Translations under genes and position numbers: made by a program
Assembly (NCBI GenBank): GCA_048884965.1
Contig: JBHLQH010000002.1
Location: 1 to 64,000 of the forward strand
Origin: Candidatus Thorarchaeota archaeon
GTDB lineage: Archaea > Asgardarchaeota > Thorarchaeia > Thorarchaeales > Thorarchaeaceae
Direction: 5' to 3'
DNA length: 64,000 bases
Notes under the pieces: model-generated
Databases searched by the model: none
Seen by the model: the letters and a program-made list of their open reading frames with translations, nothing else
What the model was told of the DNA's origin: nothing
In this document: positions 48,813-58,055 of the stretch, piece by piece
How the letters are laid out: the number at the start of each line of letters is the position of its first letter
How positions within the stretch are numbered: the stretch's first letter is position 1

Positions 48813-48938
48813 TCATCCATGACACTGGAAGCAGTTGAGTGGGATGATACCATTTGTAAGGAAATGCATAGCGAACAAGAGACCATATCCAACCACGATG
48901 ATGGCCAACACAATAATCAGAATCTTCTTGATACTCAT
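48813..48938 (-). CDS. unannotated 41-aa single-TM microprotein with C-terminal CxxCH (candidate minimal c-type cytochrome)
   Basis: Manual translation MSIKKILIIVLAIIVVGYGLLFAMHFLTNGIIPLNCFQCHG*; ATG preceded by GGTG; fills the gap exactly, ending 7 nt from the convergent gene's stop. Confidence 0.7.
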   Translation of the reverse strand: MSIKKILIIVLAIIVVGYGLLFAMHFLTNGIIPLNCFQCHG

Positions 48939-49124
48939 TGTATTAGCACCGTATTTCTGCAACCATGAACCTTTAGTAGCTCTTATCTTTTACACCAAAC
49001 TCCGAAAAGAAGTCGGAAGGGTAGAAACATGATAGTAACAATATGTGACCCTAAAATGTGCTTTCGCTTTATATACCCAGAAAATCCTATTTTACTCAGT
49101 AGATAATTACAGGTGATAATTCAA

Positions 49125-50387
49125 ATGGCTGAAGATAATGAACAAAGAAGCTCTGGAAGCATGAAATACGAGAACCAGAGTGAGGTAGTCCTATCTCGGG
49201 TCGATGGTGACCTAGAAATTAGGAATTGCACTACTCTGGAGCCAGCTGAAGGCAATGAAATCATTGTCACTGGCGAAGTGAAAATCATGGGCGAGCTTGA
49301 GATTTTGGGATCGCTAAAAGCGGGTTCATTGTATGCGAGAACTAGAGAAACAATCCTCGTTGAAGGTGACCTCATCGTTGAAAGAAGTGCTCGGGTGGAA
49401 AAGGGAGCGCTTGAAGTGAGAGGGTCTGCAACTGGTCGTGATTTCAGAGCTGATTCCAGTCTTAGCATTGGAAAGAACCTAGACTGCACATCAGCCTCAG
49501 GTGGCGGATCGGTAAAAGTCGAAGGAAATGCAAAAGCTGAACGCATCAATGGAGGTGGCTCTGTCAAGATAGGTGGTGATGCAGAAGTATCTGAGATACG
49601 AGCAGGTGGATCAGCAAAGGTAGTTGGAACAGTACTAGCAGATGAGATCAAAGTTGGCGGTAGCGTCAAAGTCAACAAAGGAAAGATCGGTGTTGTTAAT
49701 GTTGGTGGGTCCTTCAAGGCTGAAGGAGCAGTCGAAGTTGATGAAATCGATGTCGGTGGCTCAGCAGTCGTAGGTCCAGGCTCGATCGTCCATTCAGTTG
49801 ATGTAGGCGGCAGCTTCAAGTCTACAGGCGAAGTTCAATTCGATAAGATTGATGTCGGAGGAGCTGTCAAACTTGGTGGTTCATCATCAGGAAAGATAAT
49901 TGACGTCGGCGGCTCTGTGCTAGTAGAAGGGGATCTTGAAATGGAAGATGATCTTGATGTTGGCGGAAAGGTCACAGTTGAGGGTAATCTGAAGTGTCTG
50001 AAGAAGATCAAGGTTGGCGGTACGCTCATCGTTGAGGGGCGAATTGATACCTATCGAGTAATTGTAGGTGGACGTGTTGAAGCGAAATATGTCAAGGCGG
50101 ATGGCTTCAGACTTGGTGGTCGCGGTGAAGTAACTGGACCCGTTGAGTCAAGGGAGATTCTTGTGAGAGAGCGAGCTCGAACTGAATCACTCTACGGTGA
50201 AGAGATCCGAATCGAAGAGAGATCAAGAGTAAAAGATGTATATGGTAAGGACATCTATATTGAACGTGGATCTATTGTAGAAGGTAATGTTGTATACACC
50301 GACACTCTAGAGTTGGAAGAGCGTGTAGAAGTGCGCGGCGAAACAAAGAAGGTAGATGAACTACCTCCTGCTGAAGATGTTCTGTAG
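49125..50387 (+). CDS. beta-helix repeat protein, bactofilin/polymer-forming-cytoskeletal-like
   Basis: About 20 units of ~16-17 aa, (I/V)xVGGS(V/F)xxxG; acidic; no signal peptide. Confidence 0.7.
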   Translation: MAEDNEQRSSGSMKYENQSEVVLSRVDGDLEIRNCTTLEPAEGNEIIVTGEVKIMGELEILGSLKAGSLYARTRETILVEGDLIVERSARVEKGALEVRGSATGRDFRADSSLSIGKNLDCTSASGGGSVKVEGNAKAERINGGGSVKIGGDAEVSEIRAGGSAKVVGTVLADEIKVGGSVKVNKGKIGVVNVGGSFKAEGAVEVDEIDVGGSAVVGPGSIVHSVDVGGSFKSTGEVQFDKIDVGGAVKLGGSSSGKIIDVGGSVLVEGDLEMEDDLDVGGKVTVEGNLKCLKKIKVGGTLIVEGRIDTYRVIVGGRVEAKYVKADGFRLGGRGEVTGPVESREILVRERARTESLYGEEIRIEERSRVKDVYGKDIYIERGSIVEGNVVYTDTLELEERVEVRGETKKVDELPPAEDVL

Positions 50388-50421
50388 ATGAAGGAAAGTG
50401 CAGTAGCCATGATATTTCTCG

Positions 50422-51216
50422 CTACTGCACATCTTCAGCCTCATTTTTCGAAAGGATAAGTATCCTGCGACCTGAATGCTTCGAATACGGCTTCTTGGTA
50501 AAATCTCCATATTCCGATATAATTCTCATTCCCGATGCACGAACCAGCAATTCAGCTTCTCTGGTGTACACGAGTGCGACACCAGATTTTTGGTATATCT
50601 GTTCCACTATGTCGCCAGATTTCTTGTTCCGGACAGTGAAAGTCAAATCAAGTGACATAATCTGACGAAGGGGATCTGTAGAAATAACACCTGAACGAGT
50701 TACTGTCAGGCCATCTTCTATGTCCACAGGATTCTCCTCAAAAGAAGCATTTCGAGGTTGGACTCCACCGGGAAATAAATCAACGATAAAGAGTCCATCC
50801 TCAGTGAGATGTTCACGCACACAGGAGAGGAGGGAAAGTTGCTCATCAGTCGTCAAGGCGTGTCCAAAGGACGTTGGAACAATAATCAGAGGAAAGCGTT
50901 GGGAAATCTCAAAGTCGGTCATGTTCCCCTCGATGATTGTGATTCTTTCTGCGACTTCCGGTGGATTGCTTGCTACTTGCACCTTGAACTCATTTACCAT
51001 GTGCTTCGAAGACTCAAGTGCTGTTACTTCAAATCCAGCAATCGCAAGCGCGATGGAAACTCGTCCAGTTCCTGCAGCCAAATCTAAGATAGGAGACCCC
51101 ATCTTCTGAGCATAGTCGATGTAGAACGGAATGTCGTTGTTCTGAGCAAATAGATTATAGAATCGTGCTGCTTTCTCGTATCCATGTCTATACTCGTCTA
51201 GGGGCTCATCCTCCAT
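50422..51216 (-). CDS. class I SAM-dependent methyltransferase
   Basis: DIPFY, ILDLAAGTGR, GNMTDF, F.LII.P..F, HL..DG.F..D; ATG overlaps the fwdA stop. Confidence 0.9.
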   Translation of the reverse strand: MEDEPLDEYRHGYEKAARFYNLFAQNNDIPFYIDYAQKMGSPILDLAAGTGRVSIALAIAGFEVTALESSKHMVNEFKVQVASNPPEVAERITIIEGNMTDFEISQRFPLIIVPTSFGHALTTDEQLSLLSCVREHLTEDGLFIVDLFPGGVQPRNASFEENPVDIEDGLTVTRSGVISTDPLRQIMSLDLTFTVRNKKSGDIVEQIYQKSGVALVYTREAELLVRASGMRIISEYGDFTKKPYSKHSGRRILILSKNEAEDVQ

Positions 51217-52961
51217 TAAGCAGAAACACTCCTCGAGTCCAGAGGAATTTGATCTTCAAGAGGTTGACGATATCTCTGATGAGCAGGGTAGTTCCTGAAG
51301 GAATGAGTATACCACCGAGTGATCATGTCCTCGACCTCTAACTCGACTCGCTTCTGTAGGTCATCACTCAGCATAGGAGCAATCGTCAATACCTTTCCAT
51401 GGGTCGATTCCTGTACCTTGCCCTTTTTAGCAACTACCTCTCCACCCAAGATGGTATAAGCAGATTCTGAGAATCCTCGTACTATCTCCTCAGGGCTCTT
51501 GGTCAAATCGGTCTTCAATGCGTCAAAATCATATACAGATACATCGGCGTCAGCTCCAATACCAAGCTGGCCCTTTCGTGCTTGAATGCCAAGAATCTTT
51601 GCCGGTGCCGCTCGCGTACTGATAGTTGCCTCATACATGCTCCACTCTCTCTCAATGCCTTCCAATGTGGATCTCTCACGAGCGAACTTGTGCACTTTGT
51701 CCAACCAGATCTCCCGCTGCTTCTGGCTCATTAGCCAAGACAGGACGAGGGGATACTTAGTGAAGGGACCAGCGTTGGGATGGTCAGTCGTAAGTACAAC
51801 ACGCCAAACATCATCAACACTCAAGGCGAACTCCAATGGTATTGTCCATTGTACCGAGTTGGCTGGGGACTTCATCTCAAAGTTGTAAGGAACGATACCA
51901 GCTCCTCCAGGAAGCTCGACATCAACAGGGATATTCCCCCATTTTGTTTGGGTCATCTGATGAAGTGTGAACTGAAATGGTCCGTCACCAGTCATAGTCA
52001 TTGCGGGACCAAAAGTAATCTGTCCCAAGTCCGCGGTGAAATGCTTGTTACTATTCATATACTTTGCAAAGGCGAGACCTCCAGAGCTAACATCTTTCCA
52101 TTCTGGTTTCCCTTCCTCTACCATGTCCAAGGTTTCGAAGGACATATGAGTCAGATGAACAACTTGCTTTCTACCCTTGTGCCCTTTGATATCCTTGACC
52201 GCATCAAGCTCCTGAATCGTTGTGTGAATATTACCAACGCGACCCAGATTATTTGGGTGGAGATGAACCACATGAGGTAGGCCAAGAGATTCCGTAGCTT
52301 GCACCAATGAACGGATGACTTGTCTGGGTGTAATTCCCCACTGAGGTATCTCAGTATCTGGTTCTCGAACGTTCTTTCCGTATGCCCAAGCATAGGTCCC
52401 ACCAGGATTTACTACCTTGACACCCCAGCCACCAGTGCTTTTCAGCATCCAAGATATGAAGCCAGCGAGTCCTGATAGATCCCCTTCCTTCACGTAATTG
52501 TAGGTAACCATGTTATTGCCAAACATTGGCAGCAATGCAGTATTGAGGTTAGGGATATCCTCTAGCTCCTCCCAGGTACCTAATGCTTTCATGGGTGGCA
52601 ATGCTGGCTCTACAACGGTGGTATAACCCATTTGGGAATAACGATATCCAAGTGTGTAGGAAGAGAACATTATCCCTGCTACACCAGAGCGGGTCTTGCT
52701 TGTTCTACAGACGGGAGGTTCGATACGATGAGCTTCTGGACACATAGCTCTTCCAAAGTTTAGCTTTGAGCCAACAATGTGAGAGTGCATGTCTACCCCG
52801 CCAGGCAGGACTGTCTTGCCCTTGACATCGATCGTCTTTGCCTTTTCACCAACTTTCTCTACAATCTTGCCATCAGAGATACAGATGTCCTTGACCTCGC
52901 CATCAATGCCATTTAGGGGATCATAGACGATACCGTTTGTGATGATAATATCCTTGCTCAT
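51216..52961 (-). CDS. fwdA: formylmethanofuran dehydrogenase subunit A
   Basis: NG.VYDPLNGIDGE, GGVDMHSH, GYRYSQMGYTT, GVKVVNPGG, HLHPNNLG, HLTH, TTDHPNAGPF. Confidence 0.95.
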   Translation of the reverse strand: MSKDIIITNGIVYDPLNGIDGEVKDICISDGKIVEKVGEKAKTIDVKGKTVLPGGVDMHSHIVGSKLNFGRAMCPEAHRIEPPVCRTSKTRSGVAGIMFSSYTLGYRYSQMGYTTVVEPALPPMKALGTWEELEDIPNLNTALLPMFGNNMVTYNYVKEGDLSGLAGFISWMLKSTGGWGVKVVNPGGTYAWAYGKNVREPDTEIPQWGITPRQVIRSLVQATESLGLPHVVHLHPNNLGRVGNIHTTIQELDAVKDIKGHKGRKQVVHLTHMSFETLDMVEEGKPEWKDVSSGGLAFAKYMNSNKHFTADLGQITFGPAMTMTGDGPFQFTLHQMTQTKWGNIPVDVELPGGAGIVPYNFEMKSPANSVQWTIPLEFALSVDDVWRVVLTTDHPNAGPFTKYPLVLSWLMSQKQREIWLDKVHKFARERSTLEGIEREWSMYEATISTRAAPAKILGIQARKGQLGIGADADVSVYDFDALKTDLTKSPEEIVRGFSESAYTILGGEVVAKKGKVQESTHGKVLTIAPMLSDDLQKRVELEVEDMITRWYTHSFRNYPAHQRYRQPLEDQIPLDSRSVSA

Positions 52962-54268
52962 TTCTTTACCTCCTTCTCTAGTCCTGTGTAAATCATCCGA
53001 AGAACATCCCGATCAGGTAGGATTCCTTCAGGGGGATCAATGATCTTCTGAAGATACAATGGCAATCCATCCATTCTAACTGCAGCACCATCACACTCGA
53101 TCCCTGCTACTGCAGTGGGGATATTCACAGTTGCCATCTCAGAGGTCATATTCTTCTTGGGATCGAGATTGATGATAGGGATATTCGCCATTGTCTTAAG
53201 GCATTCTTTCGGGAAATGGGCTGCAGGATCAGCAGCTATGTTGAGTAATGCATCGACCTCACCTCTTGCGAGAAGATCGACTGCAGTGTATTCTCCAGGT
53301 TGATATCTTGGATATCCTCGAGCGAAATCAACAGCATAGGGATATCCTGTTTGCCAAGTGCAAGTCTTGTTCGCACCACTGACGTTGTAGTGTCCTCGCA
53401 TTGGCATCATATTCCACTTGGTGTATGAGTTCAGGTCCTGTATAAGACGCACCGCGGCGTCTATGTTTCGAAAACGACCTCTTGATTGTGTCAGACCCAG
53501 ACCAAAGAAGAGAATTCCATAGATTGCACTCTTCATCTTCTCAGCCATCTCTTTTAGGGCATCTATCGGAACTCCGCCAACCTCAGTTACATTGAGACGA
53601 TGCCCTCGAACTAGGGCATGTAATGATGACAAGACCTCAAGGTCTGTTCCAGGTTTGATCTGAACGAACTTGTCTACCGTTCGAGAGGTTTCCGATTCAC
53701 GAATATCCACGAGCCAAATCTTACGGTCCTTCTTCGGATCATCCACATAGGCACCGGGGACACGGATATATCGACTGATGTGCCGAGGATGAGCTGCGAG
53801 AGGATTTGATCCCCAATAGATGACAAGATCTGCTCGATTGCGTACTTCAGCAAGAGCCCCTGCGGCTTCCCCAGACTCCTGAACTCCCAGTATCGTCGGA
53901 CCGTGACAGACCGATGAAGTGTTATCGACAACACCTCCTGTAATCTCAGCAATCTTGTATGCCTCACGGTGAGCATCATTCTCTGTGGAGCTCAGTCCAT
54001 ACACAAGAAGACGCCGTGCAGATGCGATGATCTCCACTGCTCGTGAAATGGCTTCATCCATGGTCGCCTCAGATTTCGAGCCGTTCACTTTTATCGTAGG
54101 GGTTTCTGCTCTATTCAGATGGTGGTTTAGAAAACGGCTCTTGCTAATCGCGCAACCATTCTTCATCCCAGATATCTCACCGTTATTCAATTCGATCTCT
54201 ATATCGTCACACAAGCAACCACAGAATGTGCATGGGATATCCTTGAGTATCTTCGTGCTTTCGGTCAA
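52958..54268 (-). CDS. fwdB: formylmethanofuran dehydrogenase subunit B (Mo/W)
   Basis: CTFCGCLCDD, SVCHGP (Cys ligand), NRADLVIYWG.NP..AHPRH, PMRGHYNV.G, TGYPYAVDF.RG.P. Confidence 0.95.
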   Translation of the reverse strand: MTESTKILKDIPCTFCGCLCDDIEIELNNGEISGMKNGCAISKSRFLNHHLNRAETPTIKVNGSKSEATMDEAISRAVEIIASARRLLVYGLSSTENDAHREAYKIAEITGGVVDNTSSVCHGPTILGVQESGEAAGALAEVRNRADLVIYWGSNPLAAHPRHISRYIRVPGAYVDDPKKDRKIWLVDIRESETSRTVDKFVQIKPGTDLEVLSSLHALVRGHRLNVTEVGGVPIDALKEMAEKMKSAIYGILFFGLGLTQSRGRFRNIDAAVRLIQDLNSYTKWNMMPMRGHYNVSGANKTCTWQTGYPYAVDFARGYPRYQPGEYTAVDLLARGEVDALLNIAADPAAHFPKECLKTMANIPIINLDPKKNMTSEMATVNIPTAVAGIECDGAAVRMDGLPLYLQKIIDPPEGILPDRDVLRMIYTGLEKEVKK

Positions 54269-54670
54269 TCAATCAACTCCTCCCGCGACACCCATGATAT
54301 CATATATCCCAAGAATAGATGAGGCCTTCGACTTGAATACCTGTGCATCAACACTCTTGTATGATGGCATTCCGCTTTGCTGAGTGTCATCACCGATGAT
54401 TGCATTAGCATATGGTCCGCAGGGAATGAAAGCGATATCGGGATCCTTCCCTCGGCTCTTCTTCGTGCTAACTACTACAGTTCCAAAGATAGTTTCTACC
54501 TCTACGAGATCGCCAGGTTGAATTCCGAGTGCTTCGAATACAGTTGCATCAATCTCAACATATGACACTGCATCCCGATAGGCATCCGTTAATTTTCCTT
54601 CCTCAAGGGTTCGTCCTTGTAAAAGTGTTCTCCCTGAAATTAAAGTGACTTTAGCCCCTACACGGCTCAT
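54269..54670 (-). CDS. fwdD: formylmethanofuran dehydrogenase subunit D
   Basis: LISGRT..QG...E.GK, V.V.T.FG.VV, FIPCGPYAN, GMPSYK. Confidence 0.92.
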   Translation of the reverse strand: MSRVGAKVTLISGRTLLQGRTLEEGKLTDAYRDAVSYVEIDATVFEALGIQPGDLVEVETIFGTVVVSTKKSRGKDPDIAFIPCGPYANAIIGDDTQQSGMPSYKSVDAQVFKSKASSILGIYDIMGVAGGVD

Positions 54671-54848
54671 GATTTTGCACCGACAACGGTTGGTTTTCGT
54701 ACAAGAATAAGCTTACGGTTAATGGAAGTGGAAGAATCGCGGAACAGAAAAGTCCGTTCTCCAACATGGTACTACTTCGAAGACTTTATCAGAAGGCGAT
54801 TTTGGTTCCGCTCAGAATGCCCCTTTTTCAGATAGGTGGGATAAGACA

Positions 54849-55823
54849 ATGACAGTCGATAAGAAGATACTGATTGACTTGTATACACGGACACTAAAAG
54901 TACGACTCTTTGAAGAGAAGGTCTGGGAGCTCTTTGGTGAGAACATCGTCCCAGGAACACTGCATCTATACCTTGGCCAGGAAGCCATCTCAGCAGGAGT
55001 CACAGTCGCATTGAAGGACTCAGACTGGATTCAAAGCACTCACCGAGGACATGGTCATGTTGTCGCAAAAGGCGCAGATCAGAAGAAAGCTCTTGCAGAG
55101 CTATTGGGCAAGGCTACTGGATCATGTAAGGGAAAGGGAGGTTCAATGCATATCACCGAGTTTGACAAGGGTGTCCTCGGAGCGACAGGTGTCGTTGCAT
55201 CTGGTTTGCCGATTGCAGTTGGAGCAGGTCTCTCATGCAAGATGAGAAGGACAAAAGATGTCGTCGCTTGCTTCTTTGGTGATGGTGCTTCAAACAATGG
55301 CACATTTGGTGAATCCCTGAACATGTCGGCAATCTGGCAACTTCCAGTAATCTGGATTGTGGAGAACAATCTCTATGCGATGGGTACGCCAATCAAACTG
55401 ACTTGCGCATCGTCAACCATTGCAGAGCGAGCAAATGGCTATTGTATCCCAAACAAGGTCGTCGATGGGAACAACGCACTTGAGGTATATGAAGCAAGTG
55501 TCGAGGCAGTCCAACGTGCTCGTGATGGTGGAGGACCAACGCTTATCGAATGTCAGACATACCGTCAAAAAGGGCATTCTAGATTTGACCCCGCCAAGTA
55601 TCGCCCAGAGGATGAAGCTAAGAAATGGTTGAGTGAGGAGCGGGATGCAGTTAACGTCATTCGGAAAATAGCGATAGAGCAAGGGGCACTCACTGAGAAG
55701 GAAGCTGACAAAATCCGTGAAAAGCTTCAGAAGGAAATTGACAAGGCGGCCGACTTCGCGAGGAACTCCGAATATCCGAAACCGGAAGAGACTCTAGATG
55801 ATGTCTATGCGGAGGCGATCTAA
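54849..55823 (+). CDS. pdhA: TPP-dependent 2-oxoacid/acetoin dehydrogenase E1 alpha subunit
   Basis: HLYLGQEA, STHRGHGH, GKGGSMH, GDGASN....E..N, TYR..GHS; substrate (pyruvate, acetoin or branched-chain) not determinable. Confidence 0.9.
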   Translation: MTVDKKILIDLYTRTLKVRLFEEKVWELFGENIVPGTLHLYLGQEAISAGVTVALKDSDWIQSTHRGHGHVVAKGADQKKALAELLGKATGSCKGKGGSMHITEFDKGVLGATGVVASGLPIAVGAGLSCKMRRTKDVVACFFGDGASNNGTFGESLNMSAIWQLPVIWIVENNLYAMGTPIKLTCASSTIAERANGYCIPNKVVDGNNALEVYEASVEAVQRARDGGGPTLIECQTYRQKGHSRFDPAKYRPEDEAKKWLSEERDAVNVIRKIAIEQGALTEKEADKIREKLQKEIDKAADFARNSEYPKPEETLDDVYAEAI

Positions 55824-56798
55824 ATGGCTGAGATAACATACAGAGATGCATTGAACGCAGGCCTTCGTGAGGAGATGGAACGTGACGAATCGGTCTTTCT
55901 TCTAGGGGAGGACATCGGTATCAATTGGGGTGGCGCATTCAAAGTAACAAAGGGTCTTGCTGAGCAATTTGGGGTTGAAAGGGTCTTGGACACACCTATC
56001 TCTGAGAACTCCATCGTTGGTGCAGCAGTCGGCGCGGCTATCACAGGCATGCGGCCAGTTGCAGAGATCATGTTCGGAGACCTCATCGCACTTGCCATGG
56101 ATCAGGCATGCAATCAAGCAGCCAAGATGCGTTACATGTTCGGTGGACAAACATCAGTTCCTCTAGTTATTCGGACAGTATTTGGAGGAGGAAAGAACAT
56201 AGCATCACACCACTCTCAGAGTCTAGAGTCATGGTTCATGCATACGCCAGGACTCAAGATCGCAGTTCCAGCTTTCGCTTCAGATGTTAAGGGTCTGATA
56301 AAGACAGCAATTAGAGACCCTGATCCAGTCCTATTCGCAGAACACAAATTGGTATACGACAAGAAAGAAGAAGTTCCTGATGATGAATATCTCATCCCAT
56401 TCGGTCATGCGAAGATTCGAAGAGAGGGTGCGGATGTTACACTCTGGGGTACGTTCTTCATGCTCCATAAGGCATTGGAGGTCGCAGAAGAGCTGGCAAA
56501 GGAAGGAATCAGCGTAGAAGTGATCGATCCCCGAACACTCGTACCCTTGGATAAGAAGACACTGATTGAATCCGTGAAGAAGACTGGCAGGTTAGTTTTG
56601 GTGACTGAGGAAACAAGAACTCTTGCCACGACAGCTGAAATCGCTGCTATTGTCCAAGAAGAAGCATTCGATTGGCTGGATGCACCCATCAAGCGTGTCA
56701 ATGCGCCAGATACGCCAGTACCCTTCGCTCCAACATTAGAGGATTACTTCATACCAGACCATAAGAGAATAGCCCAGGCGATTCGAGATATCGTATAG
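55824..56798 (+). CDS. pdhB: 2-oxoacid/acetoin dehydrogenase E1 beta subunit
   Basis: GEDIG, DTPISE, GMRPVAEIMF, HHSQS, EHK, EVIDPRTL.PLD, LDAPIKRV. Confidence 0.92.
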   Translation: MAEITYRDALNAGLREEMERDESVFLLGEDIGINWGGAFKVTKGLAEQFGVERVLDTPISENSIVGAAVGAAITGMRPVAEIMFGDLIALAMDQACNQAAKMRYMFGGQTSVPLVIRTVFGGGKNIASHHSQSLESWFMHTPGLKIAVPAFASDVKGLIKTAIRDPDPVLFAEHKLVYDKKEEVPDDEYLIPFGHAKIRREGADVTLWGTFFMLHKALEVAEELAKEGISVEVIDPRTLVPLDKKTLIESVKKTGRLVLVTEETRTLATTAEIAAIVQEEAFDWLDAPIKRVNAPDTPVPFAPTLEDYFIPDHKRIAQAIRDIV

Positions 56799-56813
56799 GA
56801 GTGTGTCAAATAG

Positions 56814-58055
56814 ATGGTTACAACCATGATCATGCAACGGATGAGTGTTGCAATGGAGTATGGTGTCATCCTCAAATGGCTCAAGAAAGAGGGGGATGAG
56901 ATCAAGAAAGGAGATGCTGTCGTAGAGATCTTCGGAGAGAAAAACGAATTCGAACTGGAAGCTCCAGCTGATGGTATTCTCCTCAAAATCCTCTGCGATG
57001 AGAATGACGAGATTCCTATTAGTGAGCCAATCGCCTTCATCGGTGAGAAAGATGAGAAGATACCTGATGTAAGGCCAAAGAAGATGACACAAGCGGCTGG
57101 TTCTGCTCCGCCAACTATCGTACAGTCAGCTGCTCCTATTGTTGAGTCAAAGACATCCACCCCAGTATATCCTGCAAAGAAAGCAGTGGTATTAGAAGGT
57201 GGACGCATAAAGGCATCACCTCGTGCGAAGAGAATAGCTAAGGAACTTGGTGTTGACCTAGCCTTTGTGAGTGGCACAGGGCCCGAGGGACGAATCGTCG
57301 AACGCGATGTGATGACAGCACAAGGTGCCGCTGTTGCTCCAGCCGCCATCGATCTTGGAGACCGCAAGGTAATGCGCGTTGAAACGCTGACTCCTCTACG
57401 AAGAACAATTGCACGAAGGATGACGCAAAGTGCTCAAAATCCGCATATCACTATGATCACGGAGATCGATATGACTGAAGCTGTAGCACTCAGAAATGAG
57501 CTGAACAAGACAGTAGAGAAGACACATGGGATTCGGATATCATTCAATGATATTATCCTGAAAGCTGTTGCAGATGTCCTCGAACGATTTCCTAAATTCA
57601 ACGCCATGCTGACAGGTAATGACCTACACATGTTCGAAGAGGTTCATCTTGGAGTTGCCATGGCAACAAGCGATGGATTGATTGTGCCCATTGTAAGAAG
57701 TGCCAATACAAAGTCAATCACTGAAATCGCTCAGGAAACCAAGGCACTAGGCAAGAAAGCACAGGAGAACAAGTTGACTCCAGAGGAACTTAGTGGAAGT
57801 ACATTCACGGTGTCTAATTTGGGCCCATTCAAGGTAGACTTGTTCATTCCAGTCATCAATCCGCCTGAAACTGCTATTCTAGCTCTCGGTCAAATCAAGA
57901 AGAAACCAGTCGTAATTGATGACATGATTGCAATTAGACATATGATGATGGCTAGTTGCGCCGTTGATCATAGAGTATTGGATGGAGCGCCAGCGGGAGA
58001 ATTTCTACAGGCATTAAAGGAAACCCTTGAGAATCCATTCATGATGAAATATTAG
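56814..58055 (+). CDS. pdhC: dihydrolipoamide acyltransferase E2
   Basis: Lipoyl domain (KWLKKEGD), E3-binding ASPRAKRIA..GTGPEGRI, catalytic DHRVLDG. Confidence 0.92.
   Translation: MVTTMIMQRMSVAMEYGVILKWLKKEGDEIKKGDAVVEIFGEKNEFELEAPADGILLKILCDENDEIPISEPIAFIGEKDEKIPDVRPKKMTQAAGSAPPTIVQSAAPIVESKTSTPVYPAKKAVVLEGGRIKASPRAKRIAKELGVDLAFVSGTGPEGRIVERDVMTAQGAAVAPAAIDLGDRKVMRVETLTPLRRTIARRMTQSAQNPHITMITEIDMTEAVALRNELNKTVEKTHGIRISFNDIILKAVADVLERFPKFNAMLTGNDLHMFEEVHLGVAMATSDGLIVPIVRSANTKSITEIAQETKALGKKAQENKLTPEELSGSTFTVSNLGPFKVDLFIPVINPPETAILALGQIKKKPVVIDDMIAIRHMMMASCAVDHRVLDGAPAGEFLQALKETLENPFMMKY

Noticed and set aside
48835-49032. 65-aa + strand ORF in the track
   Set aside because: No recognisable features; the antisense 41-aa TM-CxxCH ORF has an ATG, an SD-like site and a coherent architecture.
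49121-49819. 232-aa Pro/Thr/Ser-rich antisense ORF
   Set aside because: Shadow of the Gly/Val repeat codons of the + strand gene.
49125-50387. Beta-helix protein as the missing FwdC
   Set aside because: It is on the opposite strand, has VGGS repeats rather than FwdC GxxMxxG repeats, and is much longer than FwdC.
52958-54268. Possible selenocysteine in FwdB
   Set aside because: The metal-ligand codon in SVCHGP is TGT (Cys) and the ORF has no in-frame TGA.
54671-54848. TPP riboswitch upstream of the E1 alpha gene
   Set aside because: Only weak pairing; the conserved CUGAGA and downstream CUGAU core elements were not found.
56744-57367. 207-aa antisense ORF within E2
   Set aside because: Fully overlaps a well-supported gene; a typical antisense shadow, as are most other short nested ORFs in the track.
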